Shown one piece after another: positions 39,506 to 49,324 of a stretch of 64,000 bases of DNA. Origin of the DNA: a phage; sequence record OZ413489.1, one strand, 5' to 3'. A program made the translations under genes and the position numbers. The notes under the pieces were generated by a model, which made no database searches, was not told the origin of the DNA, and saw only the letters and a program-made list of their open reading frames with translations. Positions within the stretch are counted from its first letter, which is position 1, and each line of letters starts with the position of its first letter.

Positions 39506-39522
39506 CTCTAAAGTGTTAAAAT
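39494..39522 (+). promoter_or_regulatory. sigma70-like promoter, TTGCAT-17-TGtTAAAAT
   Basis: -35 39494-39499 (overlaps terminator 3' end), -10 39517-39522 preceded by TGT. Confidence 0.4.
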
Positions 39523-39552
39523 AGTCCTAAGGAATTTTCTCAGGAGAACGTG

Positions 39553-40596
39553 ATGACTAAACCAGTTATCCCTCTTGATATTTGGGCCAATCAGGATGTT
39601 GTGCTTGAAAATACGGGAGAGTTGAATAAATCTCAACCAAAAAAAGAAGAGAGATTGAAAGGTTGGGATATGACACAAAGAGTGGCATGTGAAGTTGTTA
39701 ACTTTGAACTCCACATGCTTTCTGCGTGGTTAAAGCATTTAACAGAAGATGTTGTCCCAGGATGGGATAATAGATTCTTAAGGGTCACTAATAATCTAGC
39801 AGACGTTCCAGACAAAGCTGCTGCACGTCAAGTTCTCAATGTATACTCGCCTGAAGAAATGGACGATCTGTATGTTGACAAGTCTGGAGACATAATGACT
39901 CAGACTCAAACTTTAGGCCTTCAAAGAATCGAGTTTGCATCTGCGTCAACAGACAATGCGGCAATATATACCACCATAACTCCAGACAAGACGACGATGG
40001 ATTTCTGGATTATGGACAACATCGGTGGTGCTGACGGCACAGACCTTGATGATCCTTCTCACCAAATAGACGGGTTCCGTTGGAGATTTCAACCTTCTGG
40101 TGGGCAGCCTGTGTTTTCGGCTATGAAGCTCAATGCTATAACTGCCAACCGTGCAAGACTGGCCATCCAAGGAAATCTTGAATGCAACGATGCAAAAAGT
40201 TCCTCTGCAAATGCCAATGCGGTCACGATACCAAGAGCCACTGTTAACGGACAACAATCCTGCGGAATCGCTCAAATAGGTGGAAGAGTTGATTGTAACG
40301 ATGAAACAGTCAGGGGTCAATATGCAACAGTTGGTGGAAGAAACGTGGTCCGCAGGGTAAATGGTAACGGCGCAGACAGTAGTGGTAACCTTACTATCCC
40401 TATGCCCAGCAGAGGGGTTGATGATGTAAGGATAGCAAACCGTTTCAAAACCACCTACAGAGAGTCAAGAGTCTACCCTGGACATGTGATGTGCTCTGGT
40501 AACTACGCTTATAAACACCCTTATCAAGGTGATTACTGGACAGGTGCTATCCAAAAACTTGTAAATGGTCAATGGATCACTATATCTTATGCTTAA
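39553..40596 (+). CDS. tail fibre protein (P2 H-like C-terminus), copy 2
   Basis: Track ORF 39550; ATG 39553 with AGGAGA RBS; 347 aa; diverged paralogue of 37498-38538 with shared FRWRFQP and ...QKLVNGQWITISYA. Confidence 0.55.
   Translation: MTKPVIPLDIWANQDVVLENTGELNKSQPKKEERLKGWDMTQRVACEVVNFELHMLSAWLKHLTEDVVPGWDNRFLRVTNNLADVPDKAAARQVLNVYSPEEMDDLYVDKSGDIMTQTQTLGLQRIEFASASTDNAAIYTTITPDKTTMDFWIMDNIGGADGTDLDDPSHQIDGFRWRFQPSGGQPVFSAMKLNAITANRARLAIQGNLECNDAKSSSANANAVTIPRATVNGQQSCGIAQIGGRVDCNDETVRGQYATVGGRNVVRRVNGNGADSSGNLTIPMPSRGVDDVRIANRFKTTYRESRVYPGHVMCSGNYAYKHPYQGDYWTGAIQKLVNGQWITISYA
40552..40581 (+). repeat. 30-nt conserved segment at fibre 3' end (copy 2)
   Basis: CAAAAACTTGTAAATGGTCAATGGATCACT. 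Confidence 0.6.
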
Positions 40597-40607
40597 AAAG
40601 AGGGTAA

Positions 40608-40874
40608 ATGAAACTAACTCAGTTTTTATGGGGACTGGTTGCGGCATCTGATGACCCTACGAAAGTGTCCCAAACTAAGCTATGGTCGAACATAGGCATG
40701 GCGGTGATGACTGGGGTGTTTATTCATATGGGGTATAATGATACGCTTCCTGAATGGTATGCGTGGATATACGCGCCTTCAGTAGCTTGCCCCCAGCTTA
40801 TTAGCAAATTCATCTCGCTCCGGTGGGGTTGCCAGCACCCTGACCACGTTAAAAACGAAGAGCAAAAAGCTTAA
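40608..40874 (+). CDS. small membrane protein
   Basis: 88 aa; AGAGGG RBS; hydrophobic segments IGMAVMTGVFIHMGY and WYAWIYAPSVA. Confidence 0.3.
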   Translation: MKLTQFLWGLVAASDDPTKVSQTKLWSNIGMAVMTGVFIHMGYNDTLPEWYAWIYAPSVACPQLISKFISLRWGCQHPDHVKNEEQKA

Positions 40875-40883
40875 GGAGAAATC

Positions 40884-42629
40884 ATGGCGCAAGACATGAC
40901 AAGCTTTGAGCAGGCGGTAGATCAAGTAATTGTTGATTCTGAACGTTTGCACCTGATTGTCAACGGTAACGCTGTGGATGAAGTTGTCGTAGAGGATGGG
41001 ACCACCATCCCTACGGTACGAAAAGCCATGCTTGACACCCTTTATTTTAAAACGCCACCGATCCCTTGGGCGTATGGTGCATCCACAACAGTTTTTAACC
41101 AGCTGTACGAGTTTAAAGGGGACACAGGCCCTCAGTGGTGGTACGCTCCCGCAGCATCAAAATCTAACCCGGTTAGAATGCCAGCAGATCCTTCACAATC
41201 TCCAAACTGGAGATTATATACCGATTCTGCAGTAATGGCAAAATACTACGCAAAACTTAACAGTCCGAGGTTCGAAGGTGACCCGCGAGTACCTACGCCT
41301 CCAATGGACGACAAATCCGAGTCTATAGCAAACACAGAGTTTGTTGTTGACTATGTGGATAGCATATTTGAAGCCATGGAGGGAATGAAAGTTACTGTAG
41401 GGTCTTTGGTGGTAAAAGGTCTTACAGAACTTGCTAACACTATAGTTGGTGGCACACTCACCTTACATGGGCCTGTTAATGGAGCAGATTCTACTGCACG
41501 CTTCAGGAACCTAATCCTCACGGCAAATACTTCTACACTTACTTTTGCGTGGAGTGATCCTAAGCATGCAGACTGGAGAAGCACAGAGCTGCAACCTCAT
41601 GAAGTGTCCACCCACAGGGTTATAGCTGACACTATAACTTCTGGGAAACCAGTGGCTAATAATAACGATGTGCATTTTGATGGTCTAGGTAATAACTTTT
41701 TTGACTACGTGTACATTCGTGGTAATGCCATGAAGGCAGCAACCGAACCGACATTGCAGGTAGATGGAACCACCAGGGTTAAGAACCTTGAGGTGACAGG
41801 CACTGTTACAGGGATAACCTACTCTGTCGATGGCACCATGATTTACCCTAGCTATATTGAAAGCACGGGGGACGCATTAATAAATGGTGATTTAGAAGTT
41901 GGCGGATCTGTAGTTATTCGAGGTACAGCCTCTATCCAAAACATAGCTCTGAATACCCTAAGAGTCAATGAGCGTGCAACTTTTGAAGGGGAAGGGCTTA
42001 CAGCCAACAAAGGTGTAATTACCGAGCTGACAACCACTACTTTAACTGCAACAACTGCAAACTCTGAAAACTGCAACGTTACCAGAAACTTGCAGGTAAA
42101 TGGAGATGTTAGTTTAAACGCAGCAGGGACGGGCACCACCTACCTTCACAACCTTGAAATATCCGGCACAGTGACTGGGTGGCTGCCAGACTTCTCTAAT
42201 GTCAACTTTGTTTGTAATGGCATTAACTCCAGTGGCAAGATAACCACCTCTCAAGAAATTGAGGCGGGTAAAACCATTACTGCCCCTACTTTCCACGCAG
42301 GAAAGGTAGATTTTGATTTAGAGGAGGTTGACGCGTCCAGTGGGACATGGACACCTAACGGGCAGGCCAGTATGTATGTTGTCCACGCGAAAGGGGATTT
42401 TACAATAGGACAATGGCCTGGTACATCAGCGGAAGATAAACCTTATCCATTCACTGCGGTTATCTATGTCATTCAGGATGCTGTAGGTCACAACGTGACT
42501 TTGCACGATAAGTATGCTATCCTGTCGGCAACGCCTGTTATTAATAACAAGGCTAATAGTGTTACCTTGCTGCAATTAACATATTGTGGTGTTGGTGATA
42601 TCGTAGACGTAGTAATTGCACAACGTTAA
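40884..42629 (+). CDS. tail fibre or spike protein
   Basis: 581 aa; AAGGAG RBS; Thr/Gly/Val-rich beta-helix-like repeats. Confidence 0.4.
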   Translation: MAQDMTSFEQAVDQVIVDSERLHLIVNGNAVDEVVVEDGTTIPTVRKAMLDTLYFKTPPIPWAYGASTTVFNQLYEFKGDTGPQWWYAPAASKSNPVRMPADPSQSPNWRLYTDSAVMAKYYAKLNSPRFEGDPRVPTPPMDDKSESIANTEFVVDYVDSIFEAMEGMKVTVGSLVVKGLTELANTIVGGTLTLHGPVNGADSTARFRNLILTANTSTLTFAWSDPKHADWRSTELQPHEVSTHRVIADTITSGKPVANNNDVHFDGLGNNFFDYVYIRGNAMKAATEPTLQVDGTTRVKNLEVTGTVTGITYSVDGTMIYPSYIESTGDALINGDLEVGGSVVIRGTASIQNIALNTLRVNERATFEGEGLTANKGVITELTTTTLTATTANSENCNVTRNLQVNGDVSLNAAGTGTTYLHNLEISGTVTGWLPDFSNVNFVCNGINSSGKITTSQEIEAGKTITAPTFHAGKVDFDLEEVDASSGTWTPNGQASMYVVHAKGDFTIGQWPGTSAEDKPYPFTAVIYVIQDAVGHNVTLHDKYAILSATPVINNKANSVTLLQLTYCGVGDIVDVVIAQR

Positions 42630-42638
42630 TATATATCT

Positions 42639-42669
42639 AACCGCTCCTGACGGGGCGGTTTTCTTATCT
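42639..42669 (+). terminator. rho-independent terminator immediately upstream of giant gene
   Basis: AACCGCTCC-TGAC-GGGGCGGTT then TTCTTATCT; only about 10 nt before RBS of 42680. Confidence 0.55.
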
Positions 42670-42679
42670 GGAGAACACA

Positions 42680-45600
42680 ATGCTTCCAATCCCTTTGCTA
42701 AAACTTGGTCGTCATTTCCTCGATAAGAGGGGTGGAATTAAGGAACTTGCTGTTCTGTCATACCCAATAGACAACAGTGATGGTACAAGCAACACAGTAT
42801 CCTATGTAAATAGCTTAGCTATACTTTTTGATGATGGTCAGCTTAATATTACTGGCTATAATAGGTTCGGAGAGTGTCGGACTGGAGATCTTGATACAAT
42901 AAACTATCCTAATGAGGCAGCTTGGAACGTAGACCATGTTTGGAGAGCTGACCGTGCATTTGTAATCCGCACATTCGATAATAAATTTTTCTATATTGGT
43001 TGCACAGCTGGTCTTATCGGATCGGAGGCAGCAGGTGGAAACGATGTTTGTGTCAGAGAGTGGACACCTTTGCCGGAACAGATCGTAACAGGGTTGCATT
43101 TGGACACCCATCCTGAGAGACTTGTTGAAGTAATGGGTGGCGTAAACAATACAGTGTGGGTAATTGCTGCACCAGAGGCTGATGGTATGCTTCACCTGTA
43201 CGGCTCTGGCAATAATACTTACGGCTCTCTTCATGTTGACAAAAGTCAACACGCTACTCCAGTTAAGATCGGTGAAACATCTGAAAGTCCAGAGACAGGT
43301 CCTTGGAAAAATCCAAGAATTAATTGTGAAGTTCATGACAACTCGGTTATTTTTGGTGGTCCTAACGGATTCTGGATTGCAGGTTACGATTTCTTAAGAA
43401 ATAACAGCAAAAACACACTAGTTTATCCAGCCGAGCATGTGACTCTTGACCAGTTTAAAGGCATCCCGGTGGGCGAGACATGGAAAGGGTTCATGTGTGG
43501 ACCTAATGGTGCAATTATAGCCACAGAAAGGATGCACAAACCTGATGACCAACAGCTTGTTAACGTATTCTACGGGCAAGACGTCTGGGGAGATGACACA
43601 TGGCGTTCCTTAAATATCACCTACACCCATGAGGTGATAATGGCTCGTGGATACGGCACAAGTGGCATTTTCTTCAATAATGGCACTAAACAGTATCGTG
43701 GATTCTCTCGCAACTTGTGTAATGATATTGGTGCACAATCTGCAAACAATAGCCCTAGGGCTAATTTTATCCACTATCAGGCTCTTGCTACAGCTAAATA
43801 TGTTGAGCAACGCCTGCCAGTTAGCTGGACAGAGAGTGTTTATTTCCAAGGCATCCACAGGGAAGGTTTCTTAGGAACCTTTACTGTTGTTAATGGCAAA
43901 CTTTGGTGGTCAGGCATCCCAAGGGGGAGTTTTGCAGGATCTAACAACCTCTTTGGCGGCAGACTTAACAGCCAAGGGTTCACAGAGATTCCGGAGAATT
44001 GGTATAAAAATGTCCCGGTAGATAGCTGGGGTATCGAAGACATCTTTGATGTCAATGGTGTGAGCAATGTTAGCAACATTTACATCGGAGATACTGTCAA
44101 GATGAAATTGAAACCTCAGCCGGAGGGTGCTACGTTCATTATTGACAAGATTGAGTTGGTAAATGCTGCAGGCACTGTTGTTACAGATGCAAACTATCAG
44201 TTCTCCACTAACTGGAACCATGGTGGTGCTAACGAAGTTGTGGTCACCCAGTATAACCGTAACATCAACAGACGTGGTTTGTATTCTATCAAGATCACCT
44301 ACCATGACAAGCATGGCACTGGAAGAACCTGTACGACAAGGACTTTGAACTGGAACACTATAGTTCCTGCGTATCCGTCCAACGGCAAGTGGCATACCGT
44401 TGGTAGAAACAAGCAGTTCCATGTTAACGATACTGTATACTTTGGGCTGAATGGGACCCAGCCTGCAGTAGAAGGGGATACATCGTATATGGTCAGACTC
44501 CACAGAATGGATGCTGGATCAGTCACTTATGATGTGACCCAAGAGATCTACGATCAAAGACGCGCCACGTATGACAATATTGTGAAAACACAAGCCTTGT
44601 GGAAGTTCAATCCTAATGGCAAGGGTGGTAAAATGTTGCAGGTTAATGAGCAGAACGGAACGTCGTTGACTGTTCACGAACACCCAGACCCTTGGCCTGA
44701 TCCTGGAAAACCTCACCCGGGAGCTCGTACACTGAAAATTGTCAGCCATGATGCAGGGTATTTCGGAATACGCTGGGAAGCTACAGTAAGATATGTCGAC
44801 GGGACAACAAACAACATAGGGATTACACTTGGCGGCACTAGTGAAGATAACTCGCTGAAAATTGCCTACACGCCTAGAGGTATCTCTATTGATAATATGG
44901 ATGTTGTTCGCAATGGTTACGGCGATGTGAATGTCAAAGTTACTCTTGGCGAACATCTTGGTGGGGAAAGGATCATCATGTATGCCTTTGATCATGATCC
45001 ACGCACCAATGGAACTTATGCAAATCAGGCATGGAGTTACCTGATAAATGCACCTGAGCCGAATACTAAAGAGTTCTACTATGGTATGAAGCGAGATGTG
45101 TGCAAGAAAACAGGAACACATGACTGGATTGCTATCTGCGTTAAAGATGAGCGCACAGCTTGGGATGAGCCTGTTAACAGATGGTTCATAGGTATTCCTA
45201 CCAGAAGTGATAAGTATGTCGCAGAATATATTGTATGCATGGGCGGTACCAACCTAAACATGTGTTGGAACGAAGATGTAAACAAATACTCTGATTATGA
45301 CTATATGAGGGATTACTCTTGTAATTTGTGGTTTAACCAAACTACAGGTTACCCTCCGCGTCAGGCAAGGGTAAATCCTGCAATCTTTACAGATACGCAG
45401 GTTTTCTTGACAAAACAGGCCAACGAGGTTCAGACCTTCAAGAATAACTATGACCCTAACAAGTGGTTCTACAACTGTTACGGCGCATTTTTCTGGGGAC
45501 CTGGTGAGTTACCTGGTGGAGGATCTTGCTTGAATGAGGCAACTTACGCCAGTGACTACATCATGGGGCAGGTCAAGAAGTATAAGATAATCCCCGGTCC

Positions 45601-48316
45601 TGAGACTCTGGGCAATGCCGTTGACCCTTATATCATCATGACTGCACTGAGATCAAACATGGACGGGACATCCATGTCTATGCAAATTCCGGTAACAAAC
45701 GGGTACAAACGTGTTGTGATGATCATTAAGTGCGATCTGATCGGGAAGCAAGTTCTTGCAGAAAACGGGACATCCACACATCCTTTTGAGATCGCTCTGC
45801 ACTATCAGTTTGCTGACTCACCTTTTGCAGGGGATAAGAGAATATCTGATACAGACGCACAGCGTTGTAAGAAAGTATTGTTGGGTGCAGGTTGGTGGTG
45901 GTATGAGTTTGATTTAACAGACAAATTCACCGACACGTCTAAAGTTGTAACAGGACTTCGTCTAGACCTTGGCGAGAACATGCACAAAGCTGTTTGTGAT
46001 GGCACCTATGGTGACCCTACAATATACCTAAAATATGTTTCTTTTGAGCATCCGGAAGATGTTGTCTACGGTCCAAAACTGAGATTGTTTGGCAGCTGGA
46101 TTGCAAAAGATAGGGTAGGCATGGGTAAGAAGGTAAGAGGGCTCTTGGTTGATGCAGGAACAGAAGACATGCTGGTTAATGCAGTGTGGCCTGAATTACC
46201 TGGGACTCAGTGGGACAACTCAGCCAAATCTATAAACTGGTTTAACATTCATAGGGCCATGTGGACCACTAACTGCTACTTGTGGAGAGAGCTTAACGAT
46301 CAGGCCTTTGGATTCAGCGATGGTAGAAGGATGGCGATCATTTGCTGGACAACACTGCAAAGATGTTATGACCATGACTATGAGATTGGGGGCAGGGCAT
46401 GGAAAAATATCAGGGATAGAATCATAACCAATTTTGCAGACGACAACGGTGGTGGAGCACATAACTTTGGCACAAGCCGACTCATCCATTTGAACGGATC
46501 CTCAGCCTACAAGAAAGAAGGTTACTCTGGGTCTATGATCGAGTGGGGTCTGGTGAAAGATGCTCGCGTATTGATGGGCCAGCAACTTGCTGCCGCAATA
46601 GGTCCCAGCGCAGTGCAGTCGGTTAAACCAGCGTGGTTCGATATTCCATTGTGGTCACCCGGAACACCGGGAACTGCTGCAATCAACCCTACCACTGGGG
46701 ATCTAGAAATCTCCTGGGAGGACTTGAAGCAGGTCGGTGGTTGGGACAAAACAGGGTACCAGGTTCAGTGGTGGAGAGCTGATGGATCTTTAGCTGCTGA
46801 TGAGTTTGTTAAGGACAATTTCTACACTATGTCCTCTGCAAAAGCACAGCAATTATTTGGTCAGGCAACTCCGTCAACGATCACCATGTCTATGTGCTGT
46901 AAAGACAACAGGACTGGAGCTTTGGGGCCAAGGGTTGCTAAAGTTTTCTCAGGTATTAAATGGAATCTACCTGTCCAAAGTATTTCATGGAAGCAAATAG
47001 GTGATAACAAGCTGCTGGTTACCCCTGCCTGTCAGTTCAACGCAACTCTTAACGTTGATCCTGCTGTTGCGGCAAACTCAGCTAAAGCTTCTGACTTCTC
47101 TGTGTCTAACACTGCTATGGCAGATGTGAGGAAGATTGACACGCTGAACGCCAGAATTACCTGTAAAAACACTTATGGCACATTCCAGATCATCAACAAC
47201 TTCACAGATGCTGATTCTAAGGTAGTGAGGACAGCAAGCCAGACTTTGAGTTTAGGAACTCTGGCCTATGCGGCCCTGATCACTGAACAGTCGGCAACAC
47301 TCCAAGGAGGTGGTGTAGGCAAGTCCATTACAACACCTGTGTGGAAGCCAAATGAGTGGGTTGTGTTTGATTTGACTGTGGACTTCTCCAGCGATAATAA
47401 CTGGACATGGGTAAGGAATTGTTTGTCACAGTTGATGGGCGGTCCAAGCTCCGTTAGTGATAGTCACGACTCTACTGACCCGAGTGTGTTCCAGGTAGGT
47501 AAAACTCACCCAGAGACTGGAGAAACGTTGCCTGACAGGAAGTATGCTTTGGTTTGCATCTCTTACGGGAAGGCAGATGTCACCTTCTCAGGGACACACA
47601 CTTATAACGGAACCTACAACTTCTCAAGGAAGTATAGTCTCAAAGCAGGGAACATTATAGACGAGGTTGGTGTGCTGTATAATCCGGGCAACGGCATAGG
47701 GATTGTTGGTGGTAAACTGCAGATGCAGGAACCTTCTATTACCCCTTCCAACGTATCCGGGATTAGAAAGACTTGGGAAAGTAGTAATACCAACATTGCA
47801 ACAGTGGATGCCACCACAGGACTGGTAACATTTAAAGCTACTGGGAATGTCACCATAAAGTTTGTAGTTACAGATGATGCAGGGCGCAAAACGTCTTCAA
47901 CATCTTTTACTGTCAAACAGATGGCACCACAGTGGAGAATGTGGATAGGTACAGCAACAAACGGGGCATACCCTAATCCGGCAGGTACTTCTGGTATGAA
48001 GACTTTCTCTACAAGCAAACCGATGGAGTACGGCAGCGGTCCTAAGGTAGGGCAGATGGTGTACTTTGGTGCGTATATTCCTGAAATTATAGGGCTTCCG
48101 AGAAGTCAGCTTCAGTTGCTGTTTGGGGCTGGTGTTGACGATCTTGCCACTTTCGGGTATAGCGACAACATCGAGGCTGCAAGGAGTTCAGGATGGGTAG
48201 GGTTCAGAATGGAGTCTGGAAAGGAAGGCAGGATTCTAGGGACAGCCTCTATAGGTGTTATGTTCCCTGGTGACCAGCAGTATCGTCTAGAAGCCTACGC
48301 AACCTTTTCTCGTTAA
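42680..48316 (+). CDS. giant virion-associated protein with C-terminal Ig-like domain
   Basis: 1878 aa; GGAGA RBS; Big_2-like segment (TWESSNTNIATVDATTGLVTFKATGNVTIKFVVTDDAGRKTSSTSFTV); last gene of the plus-strand operon. Confidence 0.4.
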   Translation: MLPIPLLKLGRHFLDKRGGIKELAVLSYPIDNSDGTSNTVSYVNSLAILFDDGQLNITGYNRFGECRTGDLDTINYPNEAAWNVDHVWRADRAFVIRTFDNKFFYIGCTAGLIGSEAAGGNDVCVREWTPLPEQIVTGLHLDTHPERLVEVMGGVNNTVWVIAAPEADGMLHLYGSGNNTYGSLHVDKSQHATPVKIGETSESPETGPWKNPRINCEVHDNSVIFGGPNGFWIAGYDFLRNNSKNTLVYPAEHVTLDQFKGIPVGETWKGFMCGPNGAIIATERMHKPDDQQLVNVFYGQDVWGDDTWRSLNITYTHEVIMARGYGTSGIFFNNGTKQYRGFSRNLCNDIGAQSANNSPRANFIHYQALATAKYVEQRLPVSWTESVYFQGIHREGFLGTFTVVNGKLWWSGIPRGSFAGSNNLFGGRLNSQGFTEIPENWYKNVPVDSWGIEDIFDVNGVSNVSNIYIGDTVKMKLKPQPEGATFIIDKIELVNAAGTVVTDANYQFSTNWNHGGANEVVVTQYNRNINRRGLYSIKITYHDKHGTGRTCTTRTLNWNTIVPAYPSNGKWHTVGRNKQFHVNDTVYFGLNGTQPAVEGDTSYMVRLHRMDAGSVTYDVTQEIYDQRRATYDNIVKTQALWKFNPNGKGGKMLQVNEQNGTSLTVHEHPDPWPDPGKPHPGARTLKIVSHDAGYFGIRWEATVRYVDGTTNNIGITLGGTSEDNSLKIAYTPRGISIDNMDVVRNGYGDVNVKVTLGEHLGGERIIMYAFDHDPRTNGTYANQAWSYLINAPEPNTKEFYYGMKRDVCKKTGTHDWIAICVKDERTAWDEPVNRWFIGIPTRSDKYVAEYIVCMGGTNLNMCWNEDVNKYSDYDYMRDYSCNLWFNQTTGYPPRQARVNPAIFTDTQVFLTKQANEVQTFKNNYDPNKWFYNCYGAFFWGPGELPGGGSCLNEATYASDYIMGQVKKYKIIPGPETLGNAVDPYIIMTALRSNMDGTSMSMQIPVTNGYKRVVMIIKCDLIGKQVLAENGTSTHPFEIALHYQFADSPFAGDKRISDTDAQRCKKVLLGAGWWWYEFDLTDKFTDTSKVVTGLRLDLGENMHKAVCDGTYGDPTIYLKYVSFEHPEDVVYGPKLRLFGSWIAKDRVGMGKKVRGLLVDAGTEDMLVNAVWPELPGTQWDNSAKSINWFNIHRAMWTTNCYLWRELNDQAFGFSDGRRMAIICWTTLQRCYDHDYEIGGRAWKNIRDRIITNFADDNGGGAHNFGTSRLIHLNGSSAYKKEGYSGSMIEWGLVKDARVLMGQQLAAAIGPSAVQSVKPAWFDIPLWSPGTPGTAAINPTTGDLEISWEDLKQVGGWDKTGYQVQWWRADGSLAADEFVKDNFYTMSSAKAQQLFGQATPSTITMSMCCKDNRTGALGPRVAKVFSGIKWNLPVQSISWKQIGDNKLLVTPACQFNATLNVDPAVAANSAKASDFSVSNTAMADVRKIDTLNARITCKNTYGTFQIINNFTDADSKVVRTASQTLSLGTLAYAALITEQSATLQGGGVGKSITTPVWKPNEWVVFDLTVDFSSDNNWTWVRNCLSQLMGGPSSVSDSHDSTDPSVFQVGKTHPETGETLPDRKYALVCISYGKADVTFSGTHTYNGTYNFSRKYSLKAGNIIDEVGVLYNPGNGIGIVGGKLQMQEPSITPSNVSGIRKTWESSNTNIATVDATTGLVTFKATGNVTIKFVVTDDAGRKTSSTSFTVKQMAPQWRMWIGTATNGAYPNPAGTSGMKTFSTSKPMEYGSGPKVGQMVYFGAYIPEIIGLPRSQLQLLFGAGVDDLATFGYSDNIEAARSSGWVGFRMESGKEGRILGTASIGVMFPGDQQYRLEAYATFSR

Positions 48317-48325
48317 CAAGGGGGT

Positions 48326-48359
48326 AAATAAAAAGGGGCCAAACGGCCCCTTTCTTTTT
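48326..48359. terminator. bidirectional rho-independent terminator
   Basis: A-run, GGGGCC-AAAC-GGCCCC, T-run; between convergent genes. Confidence 0.75.
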
Positions 48360-48363
48360 ATAG

Positions 48364-48564
48364 TTAGTAATACTCCCAACATGCCCCATCTTCAGACGGC
48401 TTGACGCGCTTACCTTTATGGTCAACATAGGTATAGCCACAACCTTCACAAATAACAGGTGCTGCATAACCTTCCTTCCACTGCTTCTCCGTGATCAATC
48501 CTTTCAGATCTCCGCAGTCACGACCAAACAACTCTTCAGAACAGTCTTTACAAAAATCAGCCAT
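48364..48564 (-). CDS. small Cys-rich zinc-ribbon-like protein
   Basis: 66 aa; CxxC...C...CxGC pattern (CKDC, CEGCG). Confidence 0.35.
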   Translation of the reverse strand: MADFCKDCSEELFGRDCGDLKGLITEKQWKEGYAAPVICEGCGYTYVDHKGKRVKPSEDGACWEYY

Positions 48565-48633
48565 CTCTATCAGTCTCCATATTTAACCAATCTATATTAC
48601 ATATTGCCGAAGAAACAGTATTTCATTTCATTA

Positions 48634-48852
48634 TCACAGATCTCCAACAACTTCCCAAATACCCCAGTGAGCATCTATATCCTTGATAAAGTATCTTTCT
48701 CCACGGTTTGTCCACACACCTATCCCAACTTTACCATCTATCCCATTGTATACATCTGCCTCATACTCTTTGCCCGGTGTAAAGTGTACACCCATCATAA
48801 GGGCTGTTATTCCATTAGGATTTTTAAATTTAACAAATTTTACTTTGCTCAT
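48634..48852 (-). CDS. hypothetical protein
   Basis: 72 aa ORF, compact spacing with neighbours. Confidence 0.3.
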   Translation of the reverse strand: MSKVKFVKFKNPNGITALMMGVHFTPGKEYEADVYNGIDGKVGIGVWTNRGERYFIKDIDAHWGIWEVVGDL

Positions 48853-48853
48853 A

Positions 48854-49183
48854 TTACTTAATCCTTGCAGTTACAGTAGCGCTATACCCCATGTAGTTAT
48901 GAGACATAAAGAATGTAAGCCCTTTAAGTTCAGGATTCTTTCTAAGAAATCGTTTCAATTTTCGAATGCAATTAACACCATGATCATAGTTTGAGAAATT
49001 AAATTTAATACCCTGCTCCATCATAGTGCACACTTCTTCATGGGTATGCCATTGTCTATCGTGGTCACAAAACCAGTAACCAATACCTTCTTTTTCTTGG
49101 ATATGCAATCCCCAAAATACTTTATGCATTGGATATTTTGGTTTTCTACCATGATAATGTAGTTTAATATTCACATGTGCCAT
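48854..49183 (-). CDS. hypothetical His/Cys-rich protein
   Basis: 109 aa; GGAG RBS 9 nt upstream of ATG; candidate promoter upstream. Confidence 0.35.
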   Translation of the reverse strand: MAHVNIKLHYHGRKPKYPMHKVFWGLHIQEKEGIGYWFCDHDRQWHTHEEVCTMMEQGIKFNFSNYDHGVNCIRKLKRFLRKNPELKGLTFFMSHNYMGYSATVTARIK

Positions 49184-49216
49184 TTTTTGTTACTCCGTTC
49201 TGTATCTGTGATAATG

Positions 49217-49246
49217 AGAATAGCAAACTGGGGTGTGTGCTGTCAA
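49217..49246 (-). promoter_or_regulatory. sigma70-like promoter on minus strand, TTGACA-18-TATTCT
   Basis: Reverse complement of 49241-49246 is TTGACA; of 49217-49222 is TATTCT. Confidence 0.35.
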
Positions 49247-49324
49247 CAACATTTTTAAGCGTTTTGGGGAAGTTTTTTGAAAGGTGGGTGTAATCACAAG
49301 AGAGGGTGGAGTTATTGAAGGCAC

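Noticed and set aside
37498-40596. Diversity-generating retroelement or invertible segment acting on the duplicated fibre genes
   Set aside because: No reverse transcriptase or invertase gene is in the window, the fibre copies are in the same orientation, and their divergence is spread over the whole length rather than confined to an adenine-specific variable repeat
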